This document shows, piece after piece, positions 18,224 through 26,218 of a DNA stretch of 32,000 bases (the first letter of the stretch is position 1; every line of letters begins with the position of its first letter). The stretch covers positions 645,622-677,621 of the forward strand of contig CP113000.1 in the NCBI GenBank assembly GCA_026625185.1, written 5' to 3'. Under the pieces are notes generated by a model that was given only the letters and a program-made list of their open reading frames with translations, was not told the origin of the DNA and searched no databases. A program made the position numbers and the translations under genes. Origin of the DNA: Thermodesulfobacteriota bacterium. Its GTDB lineage: Bacteria; Desulfobacterota; WTBG01; JAGOGO01.

Positions 18224-18270
18224 TTGCCGTAAAATGCAACCTATACGCAACCATTTGCCTTAGTTTGCAA
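18224..18270. promoter_or_regulatory. Two copies of a TTGC-N8-GCAA palindrome (candidate operator pair)
   Basis: TTGCCGTAAAATGCAA at 18224-18239 and TTGCCTTAGTTTGCAA at 18255-18270. The starts are 31 bp apart, in the 300-bp gap upstream of the tautomerase gene. Confidence 0.25.
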
Positions 18271-18442
18271 AGGTGAAATAAGTGAGATAAAATTATTTCT
18301 TCTTGGAAAGTTGAGGTTCGGTAACATCGTTTTAACTCCGCTTACCAAGATGGGGGCAAACGCCACCGGTAACACCACCAAGCTTGATCTGAGGACGTGT
18401 TTTCAAGCGAGCGGCAACAGCAATACACTAAGGAGGTGCAAG

Positions 18443-18844
18443 ATGCCCATTGTTCATATTTATTTACTCGAAGGAAAGCCCCAAACCTATCTTAAGGCTT
18501 TGGGCGATTCTATTCATCAAGCTCTCATGGAAACCTGGGGAATCCCTGAAAAAGATCGGTTCCAAATGTTCCACGAGAAAAAAGCAGAGAACTTCAAGAT
18601 TGATCACTTTTCGTATCTGGAAGGCGAAGGTGTTCAGCGATCCGATGATGTGACTGTGATCCAGATAACAACCTCCCCGAGAACCATAGACATGAAGCGC
18701 GCGTTCTACAAGCGCTTACCTGAATTGCTTAAGGACAGCATTGGCCTGAGCCCTGCCAACGTGTTCATCAATGTGGTGATGACAGACGAAGAAGACTGGT
18801 CATTGGGGCTTGGAAAGATGACACTTATTGAAAAACTGAAATAG
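18443..18844 (+). CDS. Tautomerase-superfamily protein (4-OT-like, about 130-aa type)
   Basis: ATG at 18443 preceded by AAGGAGG. The N-terminus is MPIVHIYLLEG, with the catalytic Pro1 right after Met. The upstream 44 codons of the ORF-track entry have no Shine-Dalgarno sequence and look non-coding. Confidence 0.75.
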   Translation: MPIVHIYLLEGKPQTYLKALGDSIHQALMETWGIPEKDRFQMFHEKKAENFKIDHFSYLEGEGVQRSDDVTVIQITTSPRTIDMKRAFYKRLPELLKDSIGLSPANVFINVVMTDEEDWSLGLGKMTLIEKLK

Positions 18845-18930
18845 TAACCGGCGGCGACCTCTCCCCCCAAACCTGTTCTATCGGATAAGGTAAATTATAA
18901 TTCCTTTTAACAAAAAAGGGGGGGGAACAG

Positions 18931-19227
18931 ATGAAATGCCGGATACATCGAAGCAATAAAAAACCCAGTCGGTATGTTATCGTGCCATTTCAGAAAAAAC
19001 CCATTGACTTGCCTGAATCAGTCCTGAATGTGATCAAGTGGGTAAAAGCATGGTAAGAAATTAATCTCAATCCAAAACAACCTGTTATCGGGCTTGACCG
19101 CAAAAAGGCGATTTAAAGCATAGAAACAAAAGGATACCACATGCAGGAAACGCAAATTTTATTTGAAGAGAAAATAAGAATTTTGGCAAATCAAGTTCAC
19201 AAGAAGAATTATTACTTCGGCAATTAA
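18931..19227 (+). pseudogene. YcgL-domain-like gene interrupted by two in-frame TAA codons
   Basis: The single-frame translation is MKCRIHRSNKKPSRYVIVPFQKKPIDLPESVLNVIKWVKAW*EINLNPKQPVIGLDRKKAI*SIETKGYHMQETQ.... It aligns without gaps to my recollection of E. coli YcgL (FCVIYRSSKRDQTYLYV...VPEEL...GYYLQ). The stops are at 19054-19056 and 19114-19116. Confidence 0.55.
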
Positions 19228-19301
19228 AGATTTAAATATTTATTTGCCGAGTTAATACTACTAAAATTAGCATTACAACACAATCTCAAAAGGTTACTGG
19301 C

Positions 19302-20399
19302 ATGAGCAAACCTAAGCAGACAGTGCGGAAAACCGGGCCGAAAGATCACCGCGTCAGGGAACGCAAATTGTATAATGCCATTACGGACGTTGCGGGTATA
19401 GAGGTCGGCCATTGTACTGACCTTGAGCACTTAACCGGGACAACCGTGATCCTGGCGCGGGACGGGGCAGTGGCCGGGGTTGATGTTCGCGGATCAGGGC
19501 CCGGAACGAGAGAGACCGACCTCCTCAATCCGGTCAACCTGATCGAAAAAGTCTACGCCGTGGTTCTGACCGGGGGAAGCGCTTATGGGCTTGCCGCGGC
19601 TGACGGAGTAATGCATTACCTGGAGAAACAAGGGATCGGCTTTCGTGTCGAAAATGGCACTGTCGTGCCGATTGTGCCGGCCGCTGCGCTCTTCGATTTA
19701 GGAAGAGGGGAAGCTGGTATTACGAAGAGGCCGGATGCTTCCTTCGGTTTTACCGCCTGCGTTCAGACGAGTACCGGGCCGGTTGAACAAGGTAATGTTG
19801 GAGCCGGTACGGGCGCGCTTACGGGTACGCTTATAGGAAACGAGGTAAAGGGCGGGATAGGAACTGCAAGCACTAACCTCGGTAATGGGATAATTGTCGG
19901 CGCTCTGGTGGCGGTGAATTCCGGGGGCAGCATAGTTAACCCCGAAACCGGTGAATTTTATGCCGCGTTTTTGGAAACGGACAATGAATTCGGCGTCCTA
20001 AAAGCAACCTTCTCCTTAACCCCCGAGACTTCAAAAAAGAAGAGGAGAACTCGGGGCCCTCATGCCATAAACAAAACAACCATTGCAGTGGTAGCAACGA
20101 ATATTGAGCTGACCAAAGCGCAAGCAACCAAAGTTGCGCAAATGGCTCATGACGGACTGGCACGAGCGATCCGGCCGGCGCATACCATGTTTGACGGGGA
20201 TACTATTTTCGCCTTGAGCACGGGAAAGAAAGGAATCGCCGACATGGAAACGCGAGGCCGGTGGGGTGATCAGGCAGCAAAGCTTAATGCCATCGGATCG
20301 GCTGCCGCGGATACGCTTTCCCGGGCGATTGTGCACGCCCTGATAACCGCAAGAAGTATTGCCGGTATGCAGAGCTATCGCGATCTTTATCATCGTTGA
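19302..20399 (+). CDS. Peptidase family S58 / P1 (DmpA-like L-aminopeptidase/D-esterase)
   Basis: 365 aa. NAITDVAGIEVGH, GTTVILA, VDVRGSGPGTRETDLL, NKTTIAVVATN and HTMFDGDTIFALSTG match the DmpA/BapA Ntn-hydrolase pattern. Confidence 0.85.
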   Translation: MSKPKQTVRKTGPKDHRVRERKLYNAITDVAGIEVGHCTDLEHLTGTTVILARDGAVAGVDVRGSGPGTRETDLLNPVNLIEKVYAVVLTGGSAYGLAAADGVMHYLEKQGIGFRVENGTVVPIVPAAALFDLGRGEAGITKRPDASFGFTACVQTSTGPVEQGNVGAGTGALTGTLIGNEVKGGIGTASTNLGNGIIVGALVAVNSGGSIVNPETGEFYAAFLETDNEFGVLKATFSLTPETSKKKRRTRGPHAINKTTIAVVATNIELTKAQATKVAQMAHDGLARAIRPAHTMFDGDTIFALSTGKKGIADMETRGRWGDQAAKLNAIGSAAADTLSRAIVHALITARSIAGMQSYRDLYHR

Positions 20400-20590
20400 A
20401 ACAGAAACCCTCCCACCCATAAACGACCGGAAATGAATCGGCTGAAAAGGAAATATAAAAAACGATAGGGGTCGCGTTATCCCCCCGCAACAACGGAGAA
20501 TCGTAAAAAAACCTGCTTTTGTAAGAAAACAGTGGGAACGAGGTAAATATGTGAAGGCGTTTGGGGTTGTTGTTTTTCCACTTCCTTTCC

Positions 20591-21094
20591 TTACTCTACC
20601 TTTTTTAAAAATTCCTCAACAATTTTTTTCGCTTTTTCTGCGAGCTGTTGAGCAGATAAGAACTTTCCGGTCCGGTGTCCTGCATAGTTAAGAAGCTCCC
20701 GGACAATTGTTTCATTTTGTTTTTCTAAAGACATTTTGGGAAACTCATGGGGATTTATAAGAATCAAAATGTCTACGCCGCAATTCATAAGGCAGAGCTG
20801 AGACATATGGGGAAACTTTTCTTTTGCTGCCGGGTCGGTAAAACGCTTCTTGGGTTCTTTAATGGAGATAGTCAAAGAGGTAGAGTAATCAACTCGCTTT
20901 TTCCCTTCTTTTTCATCGGCTGAAGTCGCGGAAGATTTTTTTGTTAATAATTCATACTGAACGGCCAGATCATTTTTTTCTTGGGCAAATTTTTTCCATT
21001 TATCGGCGGTGAGAAAAAGCATTCGTGCTTTTCCCGTAAGAGCTTCTTGCTTGAGAGTAAAATTAATTAAATTTTCAAAATGTTTTTCCATCAT
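20591..21094 (-). CDS. Hypothetical protein
   Basis: 167-aa ORF with a Lys/Glu-rich, helical-looking sequence. It is co-directional with rsmE and lies downstream of it. No family recognised. Confidence 0.5.
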   Translation of the reverse strand: MMEKHFENLINFTLKQEALTGKARMLFLTADKWKKFAQEKNDLAVQYELLTKKSSATSADEKEGKKRVDYSTSLTISIKEPKKRFTDPAAKEKFPHMSQLCLMNCGVDILILINPHEFPKMSLEKQNETIVRELLNYAGHRTGKFLSAQQLAEKAKKIVEEFLKKVE

Positions 21095-21290
21095 AGTATC
21101 TCTAAGCGTGATGAGCGTTACCTATGATCATCAATAAAAAAAGCCTGAGAAAACGTTATCTAATGACTTAACCCCCCTAAAACCTTTTTTACTAAAGCAA
21201 AGTCTTTATCCAGAGGGATTTCGCTACCTATGCTTCCTTCCATGATGGTTCCTGTTTAAGGACACTTCAGTTTTTTGTGTTTTCCCAGGG

Positions 21291-22097
21291 TTATGTCATA
21301 TCCCCCAGCTCATACTGGAGGATGCTGAGAAAGGTGAGGGCCACGGTTTCGGTTCTCAGGATACGCTCACCTAAGCTTATGGGTTTAAAACCGTGATTTA
21401 GGGCACGGGTTATTTCTTCAGGCGCGAATCCTCCTTCCGGTCCCACCAAAAAAAAGATACCGCGTTTATTCCGGTTGGTCCTAAGAAAATTTTTGAGTGG
21501 GTCGTGGGAAGGGTTTTTTTGCAGTATGACCTTAAGACTCCCTGGTGATGGTAAAGTTAGCAGCTCGATAAAATCAACCAAAGGATTTACCGTGGGGATA
21601 TGGACACGGCCGGACTGTTGAGAAGCTCCCTGACAAATCTTTCGCCACCGTTCAACCTTTTTCATTGCCTGGAGGCTGGTTAAACGAGGTATGGTGCGGG
21701 AGGAAAAGAAAGGGTGAATTTCACCTACCCCAAGCTCTACTGCTTTTTGAATAATAAAATCCATTTTTTGTGATTTAGGCACTGCTTGCCCCAGATGAAT
21801 TTCCAGGGGCGATTTATCTGGGTGATAAGTTTTTTCCACTATTTTAAGCTCACCTGTTTGAGGTGAAATAGAAACAATCTGGGTGAGATATTCGTAACCT
21901 GCGCCGTCGAAAACGCTCAGGGAATCTTTAGGCTTAAGTCGTAAAACCAGCCGAACTTTTTTAACCGGTTCACCTCGAAGGATAATCCGATCCTGGCTTA
22001 TATTTTCAGGACTGACAAAAATACGGTGAGGCCCAGCTGTAGAAATTTGATTGGGGTTAAGGGGAAGATTTGAGTTGAAAGCTTCTCTTTTATTCAA
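21291..22097 (-). CDS. rsmE: 16S rRNA (uracil1498-N3)-methyltransferase RsmE
   Basis: The core starts at HRIFV, followed by a PUA-like N-domain and the SPOUT C-terminus (FLVGPEGGFAPEE...LGERILRTETV). About 25 extra N-terminal residues result if the TTG at 22097 is the start; there is no closer in-frame start codon. Confidence 0.85.
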   Translation of the reverse strand: MNKREAFNSNLPLNPNQISTAGPHRIFVSPENISQDRIILRGEPVKKVRLVLRLKPKDSLSVFDGAGYEYLTQIVSISPQTGELKIVEKTYHPDKSPLEIHLGQAVPKSQKMDFIIQKAVELGVGEIHPFFSSRTIPRLTSLQAMKKVERWRKICQGASQQSGRVHIPTVNPLVDFIELLTLPSPGSLKVILQKNPSHDPLKNFLRTNRNKRGIFFLVGPEGGFAPEEITRALNHGFKPISLGERILRTETVALTFLSILQYELGDMT

Positions 22098-22121
22098 CTA
22101 AAGGCAAATCTCCATTGGCTG

Positions 22122-22322
22122 TCACTTTGAAGGGTTATCCTTAGACAGTTCCTTTTCCTTTGACTTTTCGTTTTCGTCCAATTCACCGGTGGCTGCTTTT
22201 TTGAAATTTCGAATACCCCTGCCTAAACCAGCGCCTATTTCCGGAAGCTTTCCCGCCCCAAAGATTACCAGGACAATAACTAGAATTACGAGAAGCTCTG
22301 ACATTCCGATGTTGGGTAACAT
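22122..22322 (-). CDS. tatA: Twin-arginine translocase subunit TatA/E
   Basis: 66 aa. [38 protein letters not shown] is the canonical TatA TM helix plus amphipathic helix. AAGGAG lies 8 nt upstream. Confidence 0.9.
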   Translation of the reverse strand: MLPNIGMSELLVILVIVLVIFGAGKLPEIGAGLGRGIRNFKKAATGELDENEKSKEKELSKDNPSK

Positions 22323-22463
22323 GATTTCATCTCCTTAAAGAGATTAAGGTGAAGGGGCATTATTTGATCATATTTATGCTCGGATTAATAACTCCTTAAA
22401 AAGAGTTTACATTTTAAAATACCAAAATAATCTTTTGATTGCAAACTTTTTCTCTTTTGGCGG

Positions 22464-22510
22464 AAACAAAAGAAGACGAAAAGGCACATTATCTTCGTCT
22501 TCTTTTGTTT
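22464..22510 (-). terminator. Intrinsic terminator-like hairpin after the SDR-thiolase-DUF35 operon
   Basis: Perfect 17-bp inverted repeat AAACAAAAGAAGACGAA (22464-22480) / TTCGTCTTCTTTTGTTT (22494-22510) with a 13-nt loop. It sits 53 nt downstream of the DUF35 stop on the minus strand. The arms are A/T-run rich, so it could act in both directions. Confidence 0.6.
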
Positions 22511-22562
22511 CAATACTTGATAAAGCGCGGTAGCTTTTAACCTCGCTTGCTGGTTCGGCTGA

Positions 22563-22994
22563 TTACGCTTTTTGAAATTCGTACGAAATTTTTCCGTTGG
22601 CGAGCTGCACCGGCAACGCCTTAACTTTCATTCCCACAACAACATCGGCATCAGAGAGTTCTTTGCTCATTCGGCCGAATACTTTGACATCTTTGAATTG
22701 GGCAAGCGCAATCGTGTAGGGTAGCTCTCCTTCAAACCCCACCGGACCGTACTGTAACTTGCTAAACGTTAAAAGAGTCCCTTCGCCGGTAACTTCCATC
22801 CAGTCCATATCACTGGAGAGACAGCCACTGCAATCAGCCCGGGGAGGGAAAAACGTCATCCCGCATTTCTTGCATTTGGTGCCCATTACCTGGCCTTTTT
22901 CGAGATAACCGATAAAGTCATTAACCTTAGAAATGGAAGTAAAACTAACGGTTCCAAATTTTTTAAACCGATCGTCAATTTCTTGCTTTGCCAT
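22563..22994 (-). CDS. DUF35-type Zn-ribbon / OB-fold protein (thiolase partner subunit)
   Basis: 143 aa. CKKCGMTFFPPRADCSGC is a rubredoxin-like zinc ribbon and is followed by an OB-fold region. The start lies 1 nt after the thiolase stop. Confidence 0.85.
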   Translation of the reverse strand: MAKQEIDDRFKKFGTVSFTSISKVNDFIGYLEKGQVMGTKCKKCGMTFFPPRADCSGCLSSDMDWMEVTGEGTLLTFSKLQYGPVGFEGELPYTIALAQFKDVKVFGRMSKELSDADVVVGMKVKALPVQLANGKISYEFQKA

Positions 22995-22995
22995 T

Positions 22996-24165
22996 TTAGT
23001 CCCTCCCTAAGATAGTAACGTTGCCATAAAGCCCCACTCCGCCGATATTATGAACCAAACCAATTTCAGGATTGCTTACCTGCATTTGTCCGGCCTCTCC
23101 ACGAAGCTGGAGAACGATAGTCCTTAATTGAGAACCTCCGGTCGCGCCAATCGGGTGTCCCTTGGAAAGAAGCCCCCCATCAACATTAACCGGGATGCTT
23201 CCTTCTTTGTAAGTCTCTTTGGCTCTGATAAGGTCTTTGCCTTCGCCGGGTTTGGCAAATCCCAGATTTTCATACGCCATCATTTCGGCGATGGTAAAAC
23301 AGTCATGGACTTCAGCTACGTCCACATCCCTGGAGCTTATTCCTGCCATCTTATATGCTGTCTTGCTTGCTTCTACGGCCACGGTAAGCCCGCTAAAAAG
23401 ATCACGCCCGGCCATATTAACCGCGGTTGATGCCGCGCCGACACCTAATATCCATACGGGTTTTTCAGAGAAGACTTTAGCTTTTTCTTCGCTGGCCACG
23501 ATAATACAGGAACTGCCGTCAGCATTGGCACAGCAGTCCCCAACCCGTAGGGGAGATGCGACCGGCCCCGCCATATTATCTTGGGGGTTTTTGAACATTT
23601 CGAGGGTAACCGGTTTCTGATAAACCGCCCGGTCATTGATCTGGCCATAGGTCGCGGCTTTAACCCGGATTAAAGCGAGGTCTTCTTCAGTAGTGCCGTA
23701 TTTTGCCATGTGGGCGCGGGCATGAAGGGCATAATAGGCTGGCATCATGGTGCCAAAGGGAGATTCCCACTGGATATCCGCACCTCGTCCCATTCTTTCC
23801 TGAGATTCGGCGGAAGTAATTTCCGACATTTTTTGAAACCCAAGAACACAGATAGCATCATGCAGACCCGCTTTAACCATAGAATAGGCAACTTTTAACC
23901 CGGTGCTGCTGGATGAACAAACGGTTTCGAGATAAAAGGTCGGCTGAGGAGTAAGACCTAGATATTCAGCAATTACCCCAGCCGGGGATCTCTGCTTATC
24001 GTATTCCGGGGCAGAACAAATTATTGAAGCATCGATATCTTTACTCGTCATTTTTGCATCCTGTACCGCCTCCCGAAAAGCTTCAAAAGCTAACTCCCGG
24101 ATACTTCCCGGGTAGCCGCGGACAAATTTACTTTGGCCTACGCCAATAATTGCAACTCGTGCCAT
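22996..24165 (-). CDS. SCP-x / archaeal-type thiolase-like protein
   Basis: 389 aa. Nucleophile context ETVCSSSS, plus EVHDCFT, SKGHPIGATGG and HNIGG. This pattern is typical of DUF35-associated thiolases. Confidence 0.88.
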   Translation of the reverse strand: MARVAIIGVGQSKFVRGYPGSIRELAFEAFREAVQDAKMTSKDIDASIICSAPEYDKQRSPAGVIAEYLGLTPQPTFYLETVCSSSSTGLKVAYSMVKAGLHDAICVLGFQKMSEITSAESQERMGRGADIQWESPFGTMMPAYYALHARAHMAKYGTTEEDLALIRVKAATYGQINDRAVYQKPVTLEMFKNPQDNMAGPVASPLRVGDCCANADGSSCIIVASEEKAKVFSEKPVWILGVGAASTAVNMAGRDLFSGLTVAVEASKTAYKMAGISSRDVDVAEVHDCFTIAEMMAYENLGFAKPGEGKDLIRAKETYKEGSIPVNVDGGLLSKGHPIGATGGSQLRTIVLQLRGEAGQMQVSNPEIGLVHNIGGVGLYGNVTILGRD

Positions 24166-24206
24166 TTTGCCCTCCTTCTTATTGATCTATAACTGCTATT
24201 TGTTTA

Positions 24207-24956
24207 TCAACCAACGTACCCGCCATCAACTCCGATAACCTGGGCGGTAATCCAATTTGCTTCATCCGAACCCAGAAATACGAAAATGGGGGCAACATCC
24301 TCTACTGTCCCAAACCGGCCAAGCTGTATTCTACCCATATACACATCCTTTAACTTCGGATCGGTGCGGATTGTTTCAGTCATTTCCGTCTCAATAACTC
24401 CGATCTCCACCGCATTCACGGTGATTCCCGCCCGCCCAAGCTCTCGAGAGGCAGATTTAGTGAACCCTATCAACCCGGCTTTTGCAGAAGCATAATTGAT
24501 TTGGCCCGCAGTGCCGTATACGCCGGCAGTGGAAATAACATTAATGATTTTACCATACTTTCGGTCCCGCATATGATTAGCCACCGCCTGCGTGCAAAGA
24601 AAAGCGCCTTTAAGGTGAATGTCCACAACCTCATCCCACTGTTCTTCCGTCATTTTCCAAAGCATAGCAGCCTTTGATACGCCGGCATTATTTATCAGAA
24701 TGTCCACTTTGCCAAACTTTTCCACGGCTGCTTTTACCAGGTTGTCACAGTCTTCTTTTTTAGCCACATCCGCCTTCACCACCACGACCTTCCGGCCCAG
24801 CTTTTCGATTTCCTTGGCAGTATCATTGGCGGTGTTCGGATTCTTGGTGTAGTTTACCACCACATCGGCACCCTCTTGGGCATATTTTATGGCGATGGCC
24901 CGTCCTATTCCGCGTCCAGACCCAGTTACGATTGCTGATTTACCCGCAAGTCTCAT
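24207..24956 (-). CDS. Short-chain dehydrogenase/reductase, FabG / acetoacetyl-CoA reductase-like
   Basis: 249 aa. TGSGRGIGRA cofactor motif, NNAG, and the YASAKAG catalytic Tyr/Lys. It is the first gene of the three-gene minus-strand operon. Confidence 0.88.
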   Translation of the reverse strand: MRLAGKSAIVTGSGRGIGRAIAIKYAQEGADVVVNYTKNPNTANDTAKEIEKLGRKVVVVKADVAKKEDCDNLVKAAVEKFGKVDILINNAGVSKAAMLWKMTEEQWDEVVDIHLKGAFLCTQAVANHMRDRKYGKIINVISTAGVYGTAGQINYASAKAGLIGFTKSASRELGRAGITVNAVEIGVIETEMTETIRTDPKLKDVYMGRIQLGRFGTVEDVAPIFVFLGSDEANWITAQVIGVDGGYVG

Positions 24957-25041
24957 AGTTAAAAATCTCCTTTTATATTATTTTTTAGACTATTTTATCT
25001 GCCGGAACGGCGGATATTCAAAGACATTAAAATTTTTTTTC

Positions 25042-25059
25042 TGAATGAACATTCATTCG
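25042..25059. promoter_or_regulatory. Palindromic operator candidate TGAATGA-ACAT-TCATTCg
   Basis: 7-bp arms, 6 of 7 positions complementary with the outermost position failing, and a 4-nt spacer. It lies in the divergent 240-bp region, 86 nt upstream of the SDR start codon. From memory, the format resembles the TGAATGA-N4-TCATTCA boxes of the TetR-type fatty-acid-degradation repressor FadR/YsiA of Bacillus. Confidence 0.4.
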
Positions 25060-25219
25060 GAGGTAAAAAAAACATATTGATATTAAAATGTCAAGTTTTT
25101 TCCGGAAAAAAGCAAAAATTTGTGGTAAAATCTTATAAATCCGATAGTTACTCGGTTATAAAAACCAACGGTTTGGCCTTGATAAAAAAATTATATTTTT
25201 GCACCTTAAAGGAGACGGG

Positions 25220-25678
25220 TTGATAGTCAGGGTGAAGGCATCACCAGTGTTGGACGCAATAAAGATGAGCATGTCCGGAAATGACCATTTCGCTTTACAA
25301 AACCTTCTGGGCGTATTTGGAGAGCGAGGGATTAATATCTGTTTAGGCGTGGAGATAAAAAATAAAGAAGATGTAATGAATATTACGTTATGTTTTAACC
25401 CGAAGGAAACTGATTATGTTACTACTTTTATCCGGGAGCATTATCCAACCCTCTCTTTTTCCATGATAAAATCAGTAAGGATTATCTCGGTCTTCCCTTT
25501 CCGGGATAATGCTGAGGTTGCTTTTCAGTTTATAAAAACACTGGAGGACAACGCAGTCCCTGTGCTTGCTTTAAGCACCTCGTTATCTTCGATATCCTGC
25601 CTTGTACCTCAAGTGTATTGCTCGATTGCCGTCGAATCCCTGGAAACAACCTTTAATATCAGTAATAAAAATTCATGA
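25220..25678 (+). CDS. Stand-alone ACT-domain protein (aspartokinase regulatory-subunit-like), copy 1
   Basis: It contains two ACT-like halves: ...LQNLLGVFGERGINICLG... and ...RIISVFPFRDNAEVAFQFIKTLEDNAVPVLALSTSLSSISCLV.... I chose the TTG at 25220 because AAAGGAG (25208-25214) precedes it. Confidence 0.55.
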   Translation: MIVRVKASPVLDAIKMSMSGNDHFALQNLLGVFGERGINICLGVEIKNKEDVMNITLCFNPKETDYVTTFIREHYPTLSFSMIKSVRIISVFPFRDNAEVAFQFIKTLEDNAVPVLALSTSLSSISCLVPQVYCSIAVESLETTFNISNKNS

Positions 25679-26193
25679 ACAACGAAAAAATCCGCGCTTA
25701 CCGAATCATCAACCATCAATTTTTGACCCTGGTCAGAATAGAATTTCCTGGGGGCGCTGATTCTCAGTTTGGGGAAATTTTCGAGATTTTTAAACAACGC
25801 AACTTCTCGCTTCGTTTTCTGGCTTCGGAAATGTCCTTAAAAGGAGAAAAGACTCTTTATCTGGGGGTGGACCTTCTTTCGGAAGAAACAATGGGAGAGC
25901 TGATTGATGCCCTGCGAGGAATAGAAAACCGCAGAGAACTTGCTTTGATTTCCCAGGTGAGCATGGCCATGCTTTATGGCCCCCATTTCGGCGAAATGCC
26001 GGGAATTTTTGGGCTGACGCTCTCGGCGTTTGCCGGTTCAGGCATTATTCCCTTAGCTATAAGCGCTTCTTCCTCATCCCTCTCCTGGCTGTTTCCTTCC
26101 GGTCAGTTTAAAAAAGCTCTTGAAATTCTTCATAATATCTTTGAATTTCCCAAGGCTTTTTCTTCCTGGGATGAAAATAGCGATGATCTTTGA
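25675..26193 (+). CDS. Stand-alone ACT-domain protein (aspartokinase regulatory-subunit-like), copy 2
   Basis: 172 aa. LVRIEFPGGADSQFGEIFEIFKQRNFSLRFL and VSMAMLYGPHFGEMPGIFGLTLSAFAGSGIIPLAISASSSSLSWLF resemble the ACT pairs of aspartokinase C-termini. The ATGA overlap with copy 1 suggests translational coupling. Confidence 0.55.
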   Translation: MNNEKIRAYRIINHQFLTLVRIEFPGGADSQFGEIFEIFKQRNFSLRFLASEMSLKGEKTLYLGVDLLSEETMGELIDALRGIENRRELALISQVSMAMLYGPHFGEMPGIFGLTLSAFAGSGIIPLAISASSSSLSWLFPSGQFKKALEILHNIFEFPKAFSSWDENSDDL

Positions 26194-26218
26194 GGAGAGA
26201 AAAGCCTTCTAACTGGGT

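Noticed and set aside
18311-18442. An N-terminal 44-codon extension of the tautomerase ORF
   Set aside because: Tautomerase-superfamily enzymes need Pro1 directly after the initiator Met. The ATG at 18443 has a perfect AAGGAGG and yields MPIVH..., whereas the upstream TTG has no Shine-Dalgarno sequence.
18931-19227. TAA reassigned as a sense codon, as an explanation for the two in-frame TAAs in the YcgL-like frame
   Set aside because: TAA is used as an ordinary stop codon by neighbouring well-conserved genes, for example rpmA and proB. An alternative genetic code is therefore not supported.
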